Origin: a virus
Reading direction: 5' to 3' (one strand)
Length of the DNA: 64,000 nucleotides
IMG/VR virus record: IMGVR_UViG_3300043429_000467
In this document: in pieces, positions 29,767 through 39,298 of the stretch
How the letters are laid out: each line of letters opens with the position of its first letter
Numbering within the stretch: position 1 is the first letter of the stretch
Translations under genes and position numbers: made by a program
The notes under the pieces: generated by a model
The model's input: the letters and a program-made list of their open reading frames with translations, nothing else
What the model was told of the DNA's origin: nothing
Databases searched by the model: none

Positions 29767-30794
29767 TAATCATCATTCTTCAATAAGAATTTATTAGAAA
29801 TTGCTTTGAATGAATTCTTACCATCAACTGATTTGAATACAACACCTTCAGCTTCAGTTTGTTTGTTCAAGTAAGATTTAAACTCAGCATTTGTTAATAC
29901 ATAATCGATAGTCCAGTTATTCTCTTTGAAGTTAATCGAATGAGATATAATAGGAGTATGATTAATACCTAATTCCATAGATAAACATAATCGTTCTTTA
30001 GGATTGTAGTATTCTTGTTTATCGATATCATATATATCAAACAAATAGAAGTCAAGTTCAGAAAGATTGTATTTGTTACCTTGTACTCCTGGTCCTACAA
30101 GTTCACCTTGTAACGCAAGATTCTTACCTGTTGATTTAATCTTATCAATGAAACTTTCACGTAACGCAACTTTCCAGAATGAATTCTCTTCAGTCTCTTT
30201 TAGATTTAGATTACGTGAACAGACACCAGATTCTTCACCGTTAACATATACAGTCATAGATGAACCATCAAGTTTCTCAGTCATTTCCCATTCAACACCT
30301 TCTTCTTGCCACTGAGTATACTCACGTTTCAAGTTTTGAATACGTTCTTGGTCAGTCTTACGGATGAATGAAGGAAAACTACCACGACTAATACCAGCTA
30401 ATTGTGCTGGCATCTCACGTTCCCATTTCTGAATCAGCAGATTATCAGTCAAGTCTAAGTCTTCTTCAACTTGAGAACCTGCACCATCATAAACTGATTG
30501 AGGAATAGGCATCAAAAGACCTTGACTTAATTGTCCTCGTAAACGAATAGTCTTTAGTCTTTGTCCTTCGACACCATTATAAACTTTAGGAAACTGACCA
30601 GGCTTAGTTAAGAATGGAGCAAGTTCATTAGGAATCCATGAGTCAATCTCAAAGTATACTGCTAGGTCACCAGCTTTATACTCATTCTTTTTGACTACAA
30701 CTTTCCATCCACCAACTGTTGCTACTTCAATAGCATCAGCACCAAGGATTGCACTAATCTCATCAATTTTAACTACTCTGGCTAATTTTCTCAT
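29766..30794 (-). CDS. ATP-dependent RNA ligase-like nucleotidyltransferase (N-terminal OB-like domain plus KxDG ligase domain)
   Basis: Motif I MTEKLDGSSM (KxDG). Domain order resembles DraRnl/Rnl5-type ligases. Co-operonic with the metallophosphoesterase. Confidence 0.5.
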   Translation of the reverse strand: MRKLARVVKIDEISAILGADAIEVATVGGWKVVVKKNEYKAGDLAVYFEIDSWIPNELAPFLTKPGQFPKVYNGVEGQRLKTIRLRGQLSQGLLMPIPQSVYDGAGSQVEEDLDLTDNLLIQKWEREMPAQLAGISRGSFPSFIRKTDQERIQNLKREYTQWQEEGVEWEMTEKLDGSSMTVYVNGEESGVCSRNLNLKETEENSFWKVALRESFIDKIKSTGKNLALQGELVGPGVQGNKYNLSELDFYLFDIYDIDKQEYYNPKERLCLSMELGINHTPIISHSINFKENNWTIDYVLTNAEFKSYLNKQTEAEGVVFKSVDGKNSFKAISNKFLLKNDD

Positions 30795-30963
30795 TTTAAG
30801 ATTCTAAAACTCACTATTAATTGAACAATAACAACTAAAGGTAATAGTCCACAAGCTAAAGCAAATAAAGCACCTTGTGTTGTTTTTGTTCTATTTAGAA
30901 CAAAGTCCATAATTTTCATTGCAGAAAACAAATATGCAAAGAAAGCTAAGAAAATTACAATAA

Positions 30964-31335
30964 TCATTTGTTTACCTTTTTAGGTTGTGCTTTCACATAT
31001 TCGACAAACTTTTCTGCTAATCGATTATGTTCTTTTTGTGAACAATAGAATATCCATTGTCCTACTGAAACATTACCGCTATCATCTTTACCTCTTTGAT
31101 AACCAATCACAGTATGTGGTGTACGGTTATCAATAATACGTTCAATTGAGAAAGCATTTAAAGCTTTAAAATCAAATTCAAAAGTAGAACCGTCTAAGTC
31201 TTTTTTGAATTCATATTCTTTAATATCTTTTAGTTTAGTGATTTCTTTTTTTAAGTCTCGCACTTGCGCTTCTAAATCACCAATAAGTTCAACATCTTCT
31301 TTACTTCTAAACATAATCTTACTCCTTTTTACCAT
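30964..31335 (-). CDS. Hypothetical protein (123 aa)
   Basis: Intact ORF. Confidence 0.3.
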   Translation of the reverse strand: MVKRSKIMFRSKEDVELIGDLEAQVRDLKKEITKLKDIKEYEFKKDLDGSTFEFDFKALNAFSIERIIDNRTPHTVIGYQRGKDDSGNVSVGQWIFYCSQKEHNRLAEKFVEYVKAQPKKVNK

Positions 31336-31894
31336 ATAATAACATCATCGCATCATAAACACAATCATCAATAGGATTATGTTTAGTAATATCTAGTGCC
31401 GAATTAAAACCTTCATAATCAACATCACAATAACCATTATCAGAACCTGTCAAAAAGTCAACTGCGGTTCTTACATCTCGCCATTTACTATAATGAAAGA
31501 TAGGTTCAAGACCTAGTTTCTCTTCAATAGAATCAAGTACTAGCTGGTCAAGATTACCTCGTGCCCATACTGTACATGTTTTATGGTTAGGAAAACGCTG
31601 TGCATATTGACGCATTCTTTCATAACCTTCTTCAATCTTAATATCATGTTCAGAAGGTTTAAATGAAGCAATTTTAACGTTCAGACATTGTTTAGCCCAC
31701 CACTCAAGTGAAGACTTTGTGACTGTTCGTTTTAGTCTAGTCATTTGGTCTTCAGCATCAAGCTTCACAAAGAATGCATTATCTCGCAACTCTTTATGTG
31801 AAGGTTTCTTATCAGGGTCAAAGTAAATCAACGACATCGACAAAATCACTGCCGTTGATTCTTTACCTAGCGTTTCTACGTCGAAGATAAACAT
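31319..31894 (-). CDS. DnaQ-like 3'-5' exonuclease (T4 DexA-like)
   Basis: Exo I motif MFIFDVETLG (DxE); ~190 aa, as in exonuclease A of T4-like phages. Confidence 0.6.
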   Translation of the reverse strand: MFIFDVETLGKESTAVILSMSLIYFDPDKKPSHKELRDNAFFVKLDAEDQMTRLKRTVTKSSLEWWAKQCLNVKIASFKPSEHDIKIEEGYERMRQYAQRFPNHKTCTVWARGNLDQLVLDSIEEKLGLEPIFHYSKWRDVRTAVDFLTGSDNGYCDVDYEGFNSALDITKHNPIDDCVYDAMMLLYGKKE

Positions 31895-32703
31895 TATTTA
31901 ACGTTAATCAAAGGTGCTACGTTCATACCTGCTGGAACAACAACTGTGTGAGTACCGTTATTATCAGCAAACTTTTGTAAAGCAATGTTAGCTTCATGCT
32001 GTAGATATTCACGTGTTAATGAACCGTTGATAATCTGGTTAGCTTTTGAAACACCTTCTGCTTTAGTAATTTCAATCTGTGCTTGTTTCTTAGCAATCTC
32101 TTCTTGAACACTCATTTGCTCTAGTTGCTTTTGTGCCGCTACAGCTTTTTGAATTTGTTGTTCGATACTAGGGTCAGTTACAATGCTACGAGCAACAACA
32201 CGAGTAATCGTGAATGTATCAGGGTCATTTGCATTTAGTTCTTTCTGCACGTTTTCTTTGATTGTTGTCTCAAGTTCATCACGTTTTGTGTGAATCACTA
32301 AAGAGTCGTAGCGGCTGATTGTGTCATACACTACGCTTCGTGCAATGTTTTCGACCATCACACTACCTGGATAATAGATACCACTGTTATATCCACTTTG
32401 ATTACTATACTTAACTTTTAAAGAAGGAATCTTTTGACCGTTTGTTTTATAGTAAATCGCAACATCCATATCTTTAAGACTTAGATTGTCTTTAGCTTTA
32501 GGTGTCAAGTTAGATAGTTCTAAGTTAGTTTCTTTAGTTGTATATTCATCAACATTAGAAAAGAAGCTTGTATAGAAACCTGTATCAACTGGCTCCATAT
32601 TCACAGTACCGAATGTTGTTCGAACACCTACGTTACCTTGGTCAACAATACCGCATCCAACCAAAGCCATTGTTAAAGCACTTACTAGCATCACTTTTTT
32701 CAT
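31894..32703 (-). CDS. SPFH/band-7 (prohibitin/HflC-like) lipoprotein
   Basis: Start placed at MKKVMLVSALTMALVGCG (lipobox LVGC), which carries an AGGAAA RBS. C-terminal coiled region EQMSVQEEIAKKQAQIEITKAEG is typical of SPFH domains. The track ORF extends 27 codons further upstream. Confidence 0.55.
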   Translation of the reverse strand: MKKVMLVSALTMALVGCGIVDQGNVGVRTTFGTVNMEPVDTGFYTSFFSNVDEYTTKETNLELSNLTPKAKDNLSLKDMDVAIYYKTNGQKIPSLKVKYSNQSGYNSGIYYPGSVMVENIARSVVYDTISRYDSLVIHTKRDELETTIKENVQKELNANDPDTFTITRVVARSIVTDPSIEQQIQKAVAAQKQLEQMSVQEEIAKKQAQIEITKAEGVSKANQIINGSLTREYLQHEANIALQKFADNNGTHTVVVPAGMNVAPLINVK

Positions 32704-33020
32704 TATAAATTTCCTTCTAAAAACATTAAAAAAGATAGCACAATCGCAACGACTGCACCAATTACAAACACTCGTCTTCCCCATTTCTTAGTTTCTGTTT
32801 TCGATGTTACTGAAAGCAAATAACCAAAACTTACGAAAAAGAATGTAAAAGTTAACCACAAAATAAAAAATTTAGCCATTATACGTTATTCACCAATCTA
32901 TGTTTTTTCCTGTTGCAAACACTGCAAAACGTATATTGTCGTTCTGCATACCCATATGGTTTATCACACATTTCCCATCGATTATAGAAATGCACAAAAG
33001 GAATTAAGTGTAAAATCTTT

Positions 33021-33224
33021 TTAATCATCTTCACCTCTCATAACAACAATTTTCAATACTGCTTCGACTGCGGTTTCTTGAGAAATATATTCACCAATAA
33101 ACTCACCAAAAAAGTAAGCATTAAAGGTACCATCATGTTCTCGTACACCACCTAACACTCGACCATCAGTTTTTCGATAGCATTTATAAGTGTTACCAGT
33201 TAGCATCCATGTAATATTATCCAT
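33021..33224 (-). CDS. Small hypothetical protein (67 aa)
   Basis: Intact ORF. Confidence 0.25.
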   Translation of the reverse strand: MDNITWMLTGNTYKCYRKTDGRVLGGVREHDGTFNAYFFGEFIGEYISQETAVEAVLKIVVMRGEDD

Positions 33225-33228
33225 AATG

Positions 33229-33510
33229 TCACCTAGTATATAAGTTATTCATAATTGAGTCAACTAATTTCTCAGCTTCTTTCATCAAATCTTCATCAGC
33301 ATGTCGTTTAGATACTTCAGAATAAATTTCACCGTCAGTCATTTCATTGATGGGACACCATCTAGGTATCACTTCAATATCTTTGATGATGTTGTCATAG
33401 CCTTCTGGACTTTCAGGATGAGAACAATAATCAAAGTTCTCACCATGTCCATAGTGATTACGTCTGCACAGACAATCTCGACAATCTGTAACGTCTATAG
33501 TTAACTTCAT
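33229..33510 (-). CDS. Cys-rich hypothetical protein (93 aa)
   Basis: CRDCLCRRNHYGH...C...C pattern; possible metal binding. Confidence 0.3.
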   Translation of the reverse strand: MKLTIDVTDCRDCLCRRNHYGHGENFDYCSHPESPEGYDNIIKDIEVIPRWCPINEMTDGEIYSEVSKRHADEDLMKEAEKLVDSIMNNLYTR

Positions 33511-33938
33511 AGAATATTAAAACTACTTTGAATACCGAATTCTTGTTTTTTTCTATCATCTTTATGATAGTTGTAAGGTCGACTGTCAATCAATTTAATA
33601 ACTCGTGCATGAGGTTTAATTGCTTGTTCGTGTTTATATCTTTCATCAAACTCTTTCTGAATCTGCTCTCTAGTTCGAGCAACAAAAGGGTAATCTATGT
33701 TAGCCAAAAAAATATGTACTTTATCTTTTTTATGTAATTTACATTTACCTACAGTAATTTTTACATGCATATTCTCAACAAGATAATTTATGTAATGAGT
33801 AAACTGATTCTTAGTCAATCCCATCATATCAGCACATTCTTTACGTGACATGTTTTTCTTAACAAGTGCTTCATAGATATCTTGTTTAATTTGGTCACCT
33901 TCAACCATTTTTGTAATAAAGTCTTTTTTGTTATTCAT
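33507..33938 (-). CDS. Hypothetical protein, possible DNA-binding regulator (143 aa)
   Basis: Basic protein with a helix-turn-helix-like segment (MSRKECADMMGLTKNQFTHYINYLV). Confidence 0.3.
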   Translation of the reverse strand: MNNKKDFITKMVEGDQIKQDIYEALVKKNMSRKECADMMGLTKNQFTHYINYLVENMHVKITVGKCKLHKKDKVHIFLANIDYPFVARTREQIQKEFDERYKHEQAIKPHARVIKLIDSRPYNYHKDDRKKQEFGIQSSFNIL

Positions 33939-34067
33939 AATAATCCAGAGAATCGTAAGGTTTAATTTCTTGTTTTAATTTAATGCGGCAAATTCTAATA
34001 CGTTCTAATCTTTTTTTCAACCGTTTTTTATTAATCAACGATAAGATAAACACTATTAGTTTCCTTT

Positions 34068-34334
34068 TCATTTAGTATAAAATTTTACTGTTTCTTGAAG
34101 TTCAGGAAAGTCTTGAAGAATAACATTAATTTTAGAAGTTAAATTAAGTAGTTCGTTTGAAGCTTCTTCTTTTATCTTTGTTTGAGATATTTTTTTCAAA
34201 CTTCTTTCATACATTCGATTAAAAACTTCAGCATCTTCTTTTGATATATCACCTAAATCCATAGAACCTAAGATGTATATGATAAAGTCTAATTGGTCTT
34301 CAATACGTTTTAACTTGAATTCTTCGTTAGTCAT
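34068..34334 (-). CDS. Small hypothetical protein (88 aa)
   Basis: Intact ORF. Confidence 0.25.
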   Translation of the reverse strand: MTNEEFKLKRIEDQLDFIIYILGSMDLGDISKEDAEVFNRMYERSLKKISQTKIKEEASNELLNLTSKINVILQDFPELQETVKFYTK

Positions 34335-34336
34335 AA

Positions 34337-34555
34337 TTAACGCTCACATATAACAGTACATTTAGATTTGGTACCATCATACCAACATAATTGTTTCTTA
34401 GCATCTTTTAGTGTTGTATATGTATCTTGAACATATGCATCCCAAGAATTACAACCAACACCAACCCACATCCAACGAAACAACCAGTGCTTTTGTTGAA
34501 TCTGATACCTAACATCACCATTAGGTTTTATAATTTCTACAATTCTAGCTTTCAT
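34337..34555 (-). CDS. Small hypothetical protein (72 aa)
   Basis: Intact ORF. Confidence 0.25.
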   Translation of the reverse strand: MKARIVEIIKPNGDVRYQIQQKHWLFRWMWVGVGCNSWDAYVQDTYTTLKDAKKQLCWYDGTKSKCTVICER

Positions 34556-34968
34556 TATTCAATCTCAACTTTCACGCAAGTTTTATTCTTAAATTTCTGA
34601 TAAGCAAGCGACATGAAGGTTGGTTCTTTTTTAACATATTCAGATTTACGTTCATCTCGATAATCAAGATATTTTACTAAAGCCCAAGCTAATCCTAAAA
34701 CTACTGGTATTGATGTTGATATAATCACTATAGTAATAGCGCCTTCACTCATTTTTACATCATGAAAATACCACATATATAATTCATAATAACCACCACC
34801 TATTAATAAACAGGCAATCAAAATCCCTAATACACACAATAGTATTTTACATATACCAAGAACGACAGACCAAAAGTAACTACAAAAATTGGTCTTCATT
34901 CCTTTGTACATGTAAAGTCCGCTGAATTTGGCAAGCTTATAGTGCCAAGAGTTTTGTTTGATTATCAT
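34555..34968 (-). CDS. Membrane protein (137 aa, 2 TM)
   Basis: Two hydrophobic helices. Confidence 0.3.
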   Translation of the reverse strand: MIIKQNSWHYKLAKFSGLYMYKGMKTNFCSYFWSVVLGICKILLCVLGILIACLLIGGGYYELYMWYFHDVKMSEGAITIVIISTSIPVVLGLAWALVKYLDYRDERKSEYVKKEPTFMSLAYQKFKNKTCVKVEIE

Positions 34969-34969
34969 A

Positions 34970-35269
34970 TTAAAATACTACCCTTTTACCTGTGAATACA
35001 TCGACAACTTCTTCGTCACCGAATGCGGCACGCATCTCAAACTTCTCTTCGTCTGAGTAACCGTATTTTTGACGACGAGCAACATATTGTTCTAAGAATT
35101 TCGCATCTTCGATTTTACGAGCAGACATTGAGCGTAAAACTTGTTCTTGGCAGATTAAGTCTGCTAACAAAAATTCTGTAAGAATATCGTTTGGAGGAAC
35201 GTTATCGCTTGACTTCCAGCGAATCACGTCGTTGTTATCTACATAAAAATCGTTTGCATGTTTTGACAT
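34970..35269 (-). CDS. Hypothetical protein (99 aa)
   Basis: Intact ORF preceded by a sigma70-like promoter at 35301-35330. Confidence 0.3.
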   Translation of the reverse strand: MSKHANDFYVDNNDVIRWKSSDNVPPNDILTEFLLADLICQEQVLRSMSARKIEDAKFLEQYVARRQKYGYSDEEKFEMRAAFGDEEVVDVFTGKRVVF

Positions 35270-35300
35270 ATCAACCTCACATAATTAATGAACTCAATAC

Positions 35301-35330
35301 GATTATACAGAAGTTGGTCTGTATGTCAAC
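35301..35330 (-). promoter_or_regulatory. Sigma70-type promoter P7 (TTGACA-N18-TATAAT)
   Basis: tgtcaa at 35325-30 and attata at 35301-06; upstream of gene 34970-35269. Confidence 0.45.
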
Positions 35331-35336
35331 AACAAT

Positions 35337-35552
35337 TTACAATATTTCTCTAGTTTTCTTTTTAACACATAGCACTTGACTGGTTGGAATCCAAAAAACG
35401 TTGTCTGATAATTTAGTATATTCGAAGTCTTCGTTTACCCAAAAACCTTTTCCAATGTCTAAATCATAAATCGTTTGGATTTCAGTTTCTTTAATAAAGC
35501 GTAGTTCTTTGTCTTCGAAACGATAGACACAAACATAATAGGTCTCTCTCAT
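35337..35552 (-). CDS. Small hypothetical protein (71 aa)
   Basis: Intact ORF. Confidence 0.25.
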   Translation of the reverse strand: MRETYYVCVYRFEDKELRFIKETEIQTIYDLDIGKGFWVNEDFEYTKLSDNVFWIPTSQVLCVKKKTREIL

Positions 35553-35785
35553 TTCTTATCCTTTTGAATCCAGTCGATATACTCATCGATTTTTTTAGAG
35601 ATTAAAATATCCAACATTCTTCCTAAGAAATCAAAGAACACAAAGAAAGTAACGATGGGCCAGATAATTATACCGATAATAAATTCATCAGCATTAATAC
35701 TTCTTTTTGATGCATACTTTGTGAATAGAGAAATAACTGTAAATCCAATCACAAAGTAAGCTAATAAAAATAAGAACTCAATCAT
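35549..35785 (-). CDS. Small membrane protein (78 aa)
   Basis: Two hydrophobic segments. Confidence 0.3.
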   Translation of the reverse strand: MIEFLFLLAYFVIGFTVISLFTKYASKRSINADEFIIGIIIWPIVTFFVFFDFLGRMLDILISKKIDEYIDWIQKDKK

Positions 35786-35816
35786 TTTTCAAACTCCATC
35801 GTTACTTTGTTAATTA

Positions 35817-36044
35817 TTAAACAGCGGCCCATTTACGTTCGAGTAAAGGAACCACAACCATTTCAGCACCAGCTTTTTTAAGTTCAGTTGCTGTATATTC
35901 ATTAGAATTGGTTAGTCCGTATCCAGGACTCACAAACTTATTTTTTTGTGCGTAATGTGGTAGATATGTAATATCGTTTAATTGATAGGTAACTGAATTA
36001 ACTAATTCTGCTTTTTCTTTTGTACTCATATATTTCTCCGTCAT
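35817..36044 (-). CDS. Small hypothetical protein (75 aa)
   Basis: Intact ORF. Confidence 0.25.
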   Translation of the reverse strand: MTEKYMSTKEKAELVNSVTYQLNDITYLPHYAQKNKFVSPGYGLTNSNEYTATELKKAGAEMVVVPLLERKWAAV

Positions 36045-36074
36045 AATAAAATTTAAATAAAACTACTCAACTTA

Positions 36075-36485
36075 CTACTTAACTAATTCGTATGGCTTAT
36101 CCCACTGACCTACGTTGATGTGGTAATAATAAGCAGTATCGAAGTAGTCAATCATTGCATCGCTGTTGTTATAGTAGCCTGCACTTTTTAGTGCATCTAC
36201 AGCTTTAAGCAAGAATTCTTTAGCAACACCGGTGAAGTTATCTTCAATCCAGTACACGTTAACTTGCATATAATTTTTATGTCGACCTTCAACACGTTCA
36301 CCATATGAACGATTTGCGGCAACATGATTTGCATTAGCGATAAAGTCGATGTTACCGGCTTTGATGTTTAGGTTGATAGAACTGTAATTATGTACTGACA
36401 AACTACCTTTGAGTCCGTACTGTTTTAAAAGTGGTTTAATTAAAGCGGCAATCTGTGCTTTCTTTTCTTGATTCATGTAAGCCAT
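36075..36485 (-). CDS. Hypothetical early protein (136 aa)
   Basis: Preceded by repeat-promoter P1. Confidence 0.3.
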   Translation of the reverse strand: MAYMNQEKKAQIAALIKPLLKQYGLKGSLSVHNYSSINLNIKAGNIDFIANANHVAANRSYGERVEGRHKNYMQVNVYWIEDNFTGVAKEFLLKAVDALKSAGYYNNSDAMIDYFDTAYYYHINVGQWDKPYELVK

Positions 36486-36522
36486 CTGAGGCTCCTTTCA
36501 TAACGAATTAATCAATCACTAC

Positions 36523-36550
36523 ATAATTAAGTATACAGCAAAATTACTTT
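36523..36550 (-). promoter_or_regulatory. Sigma70-type early promoter P1 (TTGACA-N16-TATACT on minus strand)
   Basis: Plus strand shows agtata ...16 nt... tgtcaa. One of 6 copies with identical geometry, upstream of gene 36075-36485. Confidence 0.6.
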
Positions 36551-36565
36551 TTGTCAACAACTATT

Positions 36566-36904
36566 TTAGTCTGGACGTGAACCTGCATAAGCACGGAACC
36601 CGTATTTCTGTAACACTTCAGCATATGCACGAGCACCTGCTTCTAACACACTCATACTTTGACCGTAGTACTCACCTGCTTTCCACAGGTTCAGACATTT
36701 CTTTCTCCAACTATTGTTGAAGCCTACTACTTTTAATAATTTTGCTTCTTTAGAATTAGTACGTTCGACATAGACATCAACCCATGCGAAACCGCAGTAA
36801 GCGTCTTCACCGTATTGATTTAGATAATTATTTTCAGCTTGAACAGCCGCTTGTTTTGCTTCGTTGTGGATAGCTACGATATTCATAATATATTTCCTTC
36901 TCAA
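36566..36904 (-). CDS. Hypothetical early protein (112 aa)
   Basis: Preceded by repeat-promoter P2. Confidence 0.3.
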   Translation of the reverse strand: MRRKYIMNIVAIHNEAKQAAVQAENNYLNQYGEDAYCGFAWVDVYVERTNSKEAKLLKVVGFNNSWRKKCLNLWKAGEYYGQSMSVLEAGARAYAEVLQKYGFRAYAGSRPD

Positions 36905-36925
36905 TAATTAATCAGTACATTAGTT

Positions 36926-36953
36926 AGTATACATGAATTACATTCTGTGTCAA
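36926..36953 (-). promoter_or_regulatory. Sigma70-type early promoter P2
   Basis: Same TTGACA-N16-TATACT arrangement, upstream of gene 36566-36904. Confidence 0.6.
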
Positions 36954-36956
36954 CAA

Positions 36957-37292
36957 CTATTTTGCTTCTTTAATCATTCCGATAATTTCATCTAAGAAGT
37001 CATCGTCATCAGCATCAAAGCTACGTGAGATACCTAACTTTTCGTTGTATGCATCATTAATCTTGTCAAAGAAGGCAAGCAAGTCTTCATTCTCACGTTC
37101 AAGGCGATATACATCAGACTCTAGTTCATCAATTTGGTCTTTTAAATCTTCGACATCATTATCAACTACTTCAGTATTCGCTTCAGCTTGTTTTAGTAAG
37201 TCATACAGAACGTTTTCTGCATCAGTTTTAGGTTCGATATACTTTAATGCATCATACGCATTATTGATAATTGAAATGTTTAATCCGCTCAT
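36957..37292 (-). CDS. Acidic coiled-coil hypothetical protein (111 aa)
   Basis: Intact ORF. Confidence 0.3.
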   Translation of the reverse strand: MSGLNISIINNAYDALKYIEPKTDAENVLYDLLKQAEANTEVVDNDVEDLKDQIDELESDVYRLERENEDLLAFFDKINDAYNEKLGISRSFDADDDDFLDEIIGMIKEAK

Positions 37293-37477
37293 TGGTTCAC
37301 CTCTTCATAATCAAGTTTAATTAAAATAGAATCTAGTTCTGGTTGAACATCCTCATACTGAGGCATCTTTACTTTTTGCAACACTAACTCTTTTAAAATC
37401 ATAATTTCAAAAGGAGAGAAATTCATTTTAAACCTCCGCAGGAGCAAAGAATTGTTGCGCTTGTCTAATAAACACAC
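37289..37477 (-). CDS. Small hypothetical protein (62 aa)
   Basis: Intact ORF. Confidence 0.2.
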   Translation of the reverse strand: MCLLDKRNNSLLLRRFKMNFSPFEIMILKELVLQKVKMPQYEDVQPELDSILIKLDYEEVNQ

Positions 37478-37643
37478 GGAACGCTAGATTCTCATTTTCG
37501 TCATAGTAGTTATTAACACCGTCTTCATTACAACCGTTACGATAGTCAATCACAGCTTCTAACAACTGAAGATTTTCATTTCTAGCAATCTCAGCAACAA
37601 CGTTACAGGCTTCAGCAATATTCATCTCAAAACTCCTTCTCAA
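37428..37643 (-). CDS. Small hypothetical protein (71 aa)
   Basis: Preceded by repeat-promoter P3. Confidence 0.25.
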   Translation of the reverse strand: MRRSFEMNIAEACNVVAEIARNENLQLLEAVIDYRNGCNEDGVNNYYDENENLAFRVFIRQAQQFFAPAEV

Positions 37644-37663
37644 TTAATCTCGTCTACATGTTT

Positions 37664-37691
37664 AGTATACATGAACTAGATTATATGTCAA
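37664..37691 (-). promoter_or_regulatory. Sigma70-type early promoter P3
   Basis: tgtcaa at 37686-91 and agtata at 37664-69, 16-nt spacer; upstream of gene 37428-37643. Confidence 0.6.
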
Positions 37692-37951
37692 GCATAATAT
37701 GAGTAATAATTGCGAATTTTTGAAGATTTATTTGTATGATTTTCGACAAACTTAAACTCGATACCTCGGTCTTTCAGTTCTTTAATTAGTACTGAACAAT
37801 CACAATCTTCTTCTAAGAATGCATTGTCACCGTTTCGATATGAGAATGGAGAAATCTTATCTGAGATACCTAACTTTTTTAAGACATCTACTTTGATTTT
37901 AACCCAACCGTGTCCTGGGTCTGTGAAGTAATTTAATGTAATCTTTTTCAT
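37688..37951 (-). CDS. Small hypothetical protein (87 aa)
   Basis: Intact ORF. Confidence 0.25.
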   Translation of the reverse strand: MKKITLNYFTDPGHGWVKIKVDVLKKLGISDKISPFSYRNGDNAFLEEDCDCSVLIKELKDRGIEFKFVENHTNKSSKIRNYYSYYA

Positions 37952-37960
37952 GTCTACTCC

Positions 37961-38179
37961 TTATTGTAAGTTAACTTGAATATTGTTAGGACCGTATTGT
38001 TCACCTAAACTTGATACATTTAGATTAAACATTTTAGCTAGAGCAATTGATAATGCTATTCTATGATTTGCATTACCGATAGTATTGAATGCATTTTTAA
38101 TAGTAGTATTAATAACAACGTCGTTAATAATAACTCGAATTTTCTGATTGTTTTTAAAACCTTCAACTATTGCTGGCAT
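37961..38179 (-). CDS. Small hypothetical protein (72 aa)
   Basis: Preceded by repeat-promoter P4. Confidence 0.25.
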   Translation of the reverse strand: MPAIVEGFKNNQKIRVIINDVVINTTIKNAFNTIGNANHRIALSIALAKMFNLNVSSLGEQYGPNNIQVNLQ

Positions 38180-38215
38180 ATCAATTCCTTCTCATAATTA
38201 ATCACTACAAGATTC

Positions 38216-38243
38216 AGTATACATGAACTAGATTATATGTCAA
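38216..38243 (-). promoter_or_regulatory. Sigma70-type early promoter P4
   Basis: Near-identical to P3 (gtatacatgaactagattatatgtcaagc, shared 29-mer); upstream of gene 37961-38179. Confidence 0.6.
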
Positions 38244-38413
38244 GCACTAATTTAATTCTATTTCATCAAGATAAGTTGGGTCTTGGAATATTCGTTTGAA
38301 ATGGTCTTGAACGTTCTCAGGTAAATCTATCAAATCAACTTGGATATCACTACCGTCGGCTTCGTAACCGTAGTCCCACATTCTTGCGTGTTGTTTTTGT
38401 TTTGTTGTCATAA

Positions 38414-38713
38414 TTACATAGCTCTTTCATTCCATTTTTGTGCTATTTTATAATTTTCTTGTGATATAATTTCACGACATATTGCTCTTAACCTCATCAC
38501 TTCACAATATAAATCGGTCACTAAACGATTAATCTCAAGATTATCATCTTTTAATTCATCATGGATTATTTTATAATAAATTCCCTCTAGGTTCGCATTT
38601 GTTATTTTTGCTAAAGCAGAAGAGGGATATTTTTCCGCTCTCTTTAACTTATAGAGTGCTGATTCTCTATCTCGTTGAGTTGCATAATCAATATCTGAAA
38701 CTTCTTCAATCAT
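38414..38713 (-). CDS. Hypothetical protein (99 aa)
   Basis: Intact ORF. Confidence 0.25.
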   Translation of the reverse strand: MIEEVSDIDYATQRDRESALYKLKRAEKYPSSALAKITNANLEGIYYKIIHDELKDDNLEINRLVTDLYCEVMRLRAICREIISQENYKIAQKWNERAM

Positions 38714-38724
38714 AATATATCTCC

Positions 38725-39153
38725 TTATGCGGCTTTATTAAACACCGCTTCACCGTTTGAAAAATGTCCGACTTTATTCAAGCGAACTCCGAATGCATCA
38801 TTTACAATCTGATTTAGTTTTGCTTCGATTTTGTTTGCGAATGCAACACCGAAGGCATAGTGTTCGTCTTCTTTAGGCACTACCCACACTGATACTAGAC
38901 CGCAGTATTCTGATAGACCTATGTACACGAGTTGGTTTTCTAAGATGGCATGGTCTTCTCGACCTAACCACTCATCACATAAACTTAGTGAAGGGAATGC
39001 TTCGATTGAAGCGTCTTTTAGATAATCTACGGCGAAATCAAAATTATCTTGAGTTGCGTATTCACAAAAGTTACCGTCATCGTCATAGATATTATCTGCA
39101 TGACTATAGATAACTACTTCAGAACCGTTTGCGTAGCTTACTGAGCGTCCCAT
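38725..39153 (-). CDS. Hypothetical protein (142 aa)
   Basis: Preceded by repeat-promoter P5. Confidence 0.3.
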   Translation of the reverse strand: MGRSVSYANGSEVVIYSHADNIYDDDGNFCEYATQDNFDFAVDYLKDASIEAFPSLSLCDEWLGREDHAILENQLVYIGLSEYCGLVSVWVVPKEDEHYAFGVAFANKIEAKLNQIVNDAFGVRLNKVGHFSNGEAVFNKAA

Positions 39154-39298
39154 TATAGAACCTCCTCAATACCTAATACTACGTTGTTTTGAGCGAAATA
39201 TGCATTAGCATATTCGATTGCGGCATTCAAAGAATTGAAAACTACTTCATTACAAATAAACATCTCATTCCTTTCAATAATTAATCACTACAGGATTA

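Noticed and set aside
32704-32784. 27-codon N-terminal extension of the SPFH lipoprotein ORF (MGKTSVCNWCSRCDCAIFFNVFRRKFI)
   Set aside because: The downstream Met gives a canonical lipoprotein signal peptide with lipobox and an AGGAAA RBS; the extension would bury the signal peptide.
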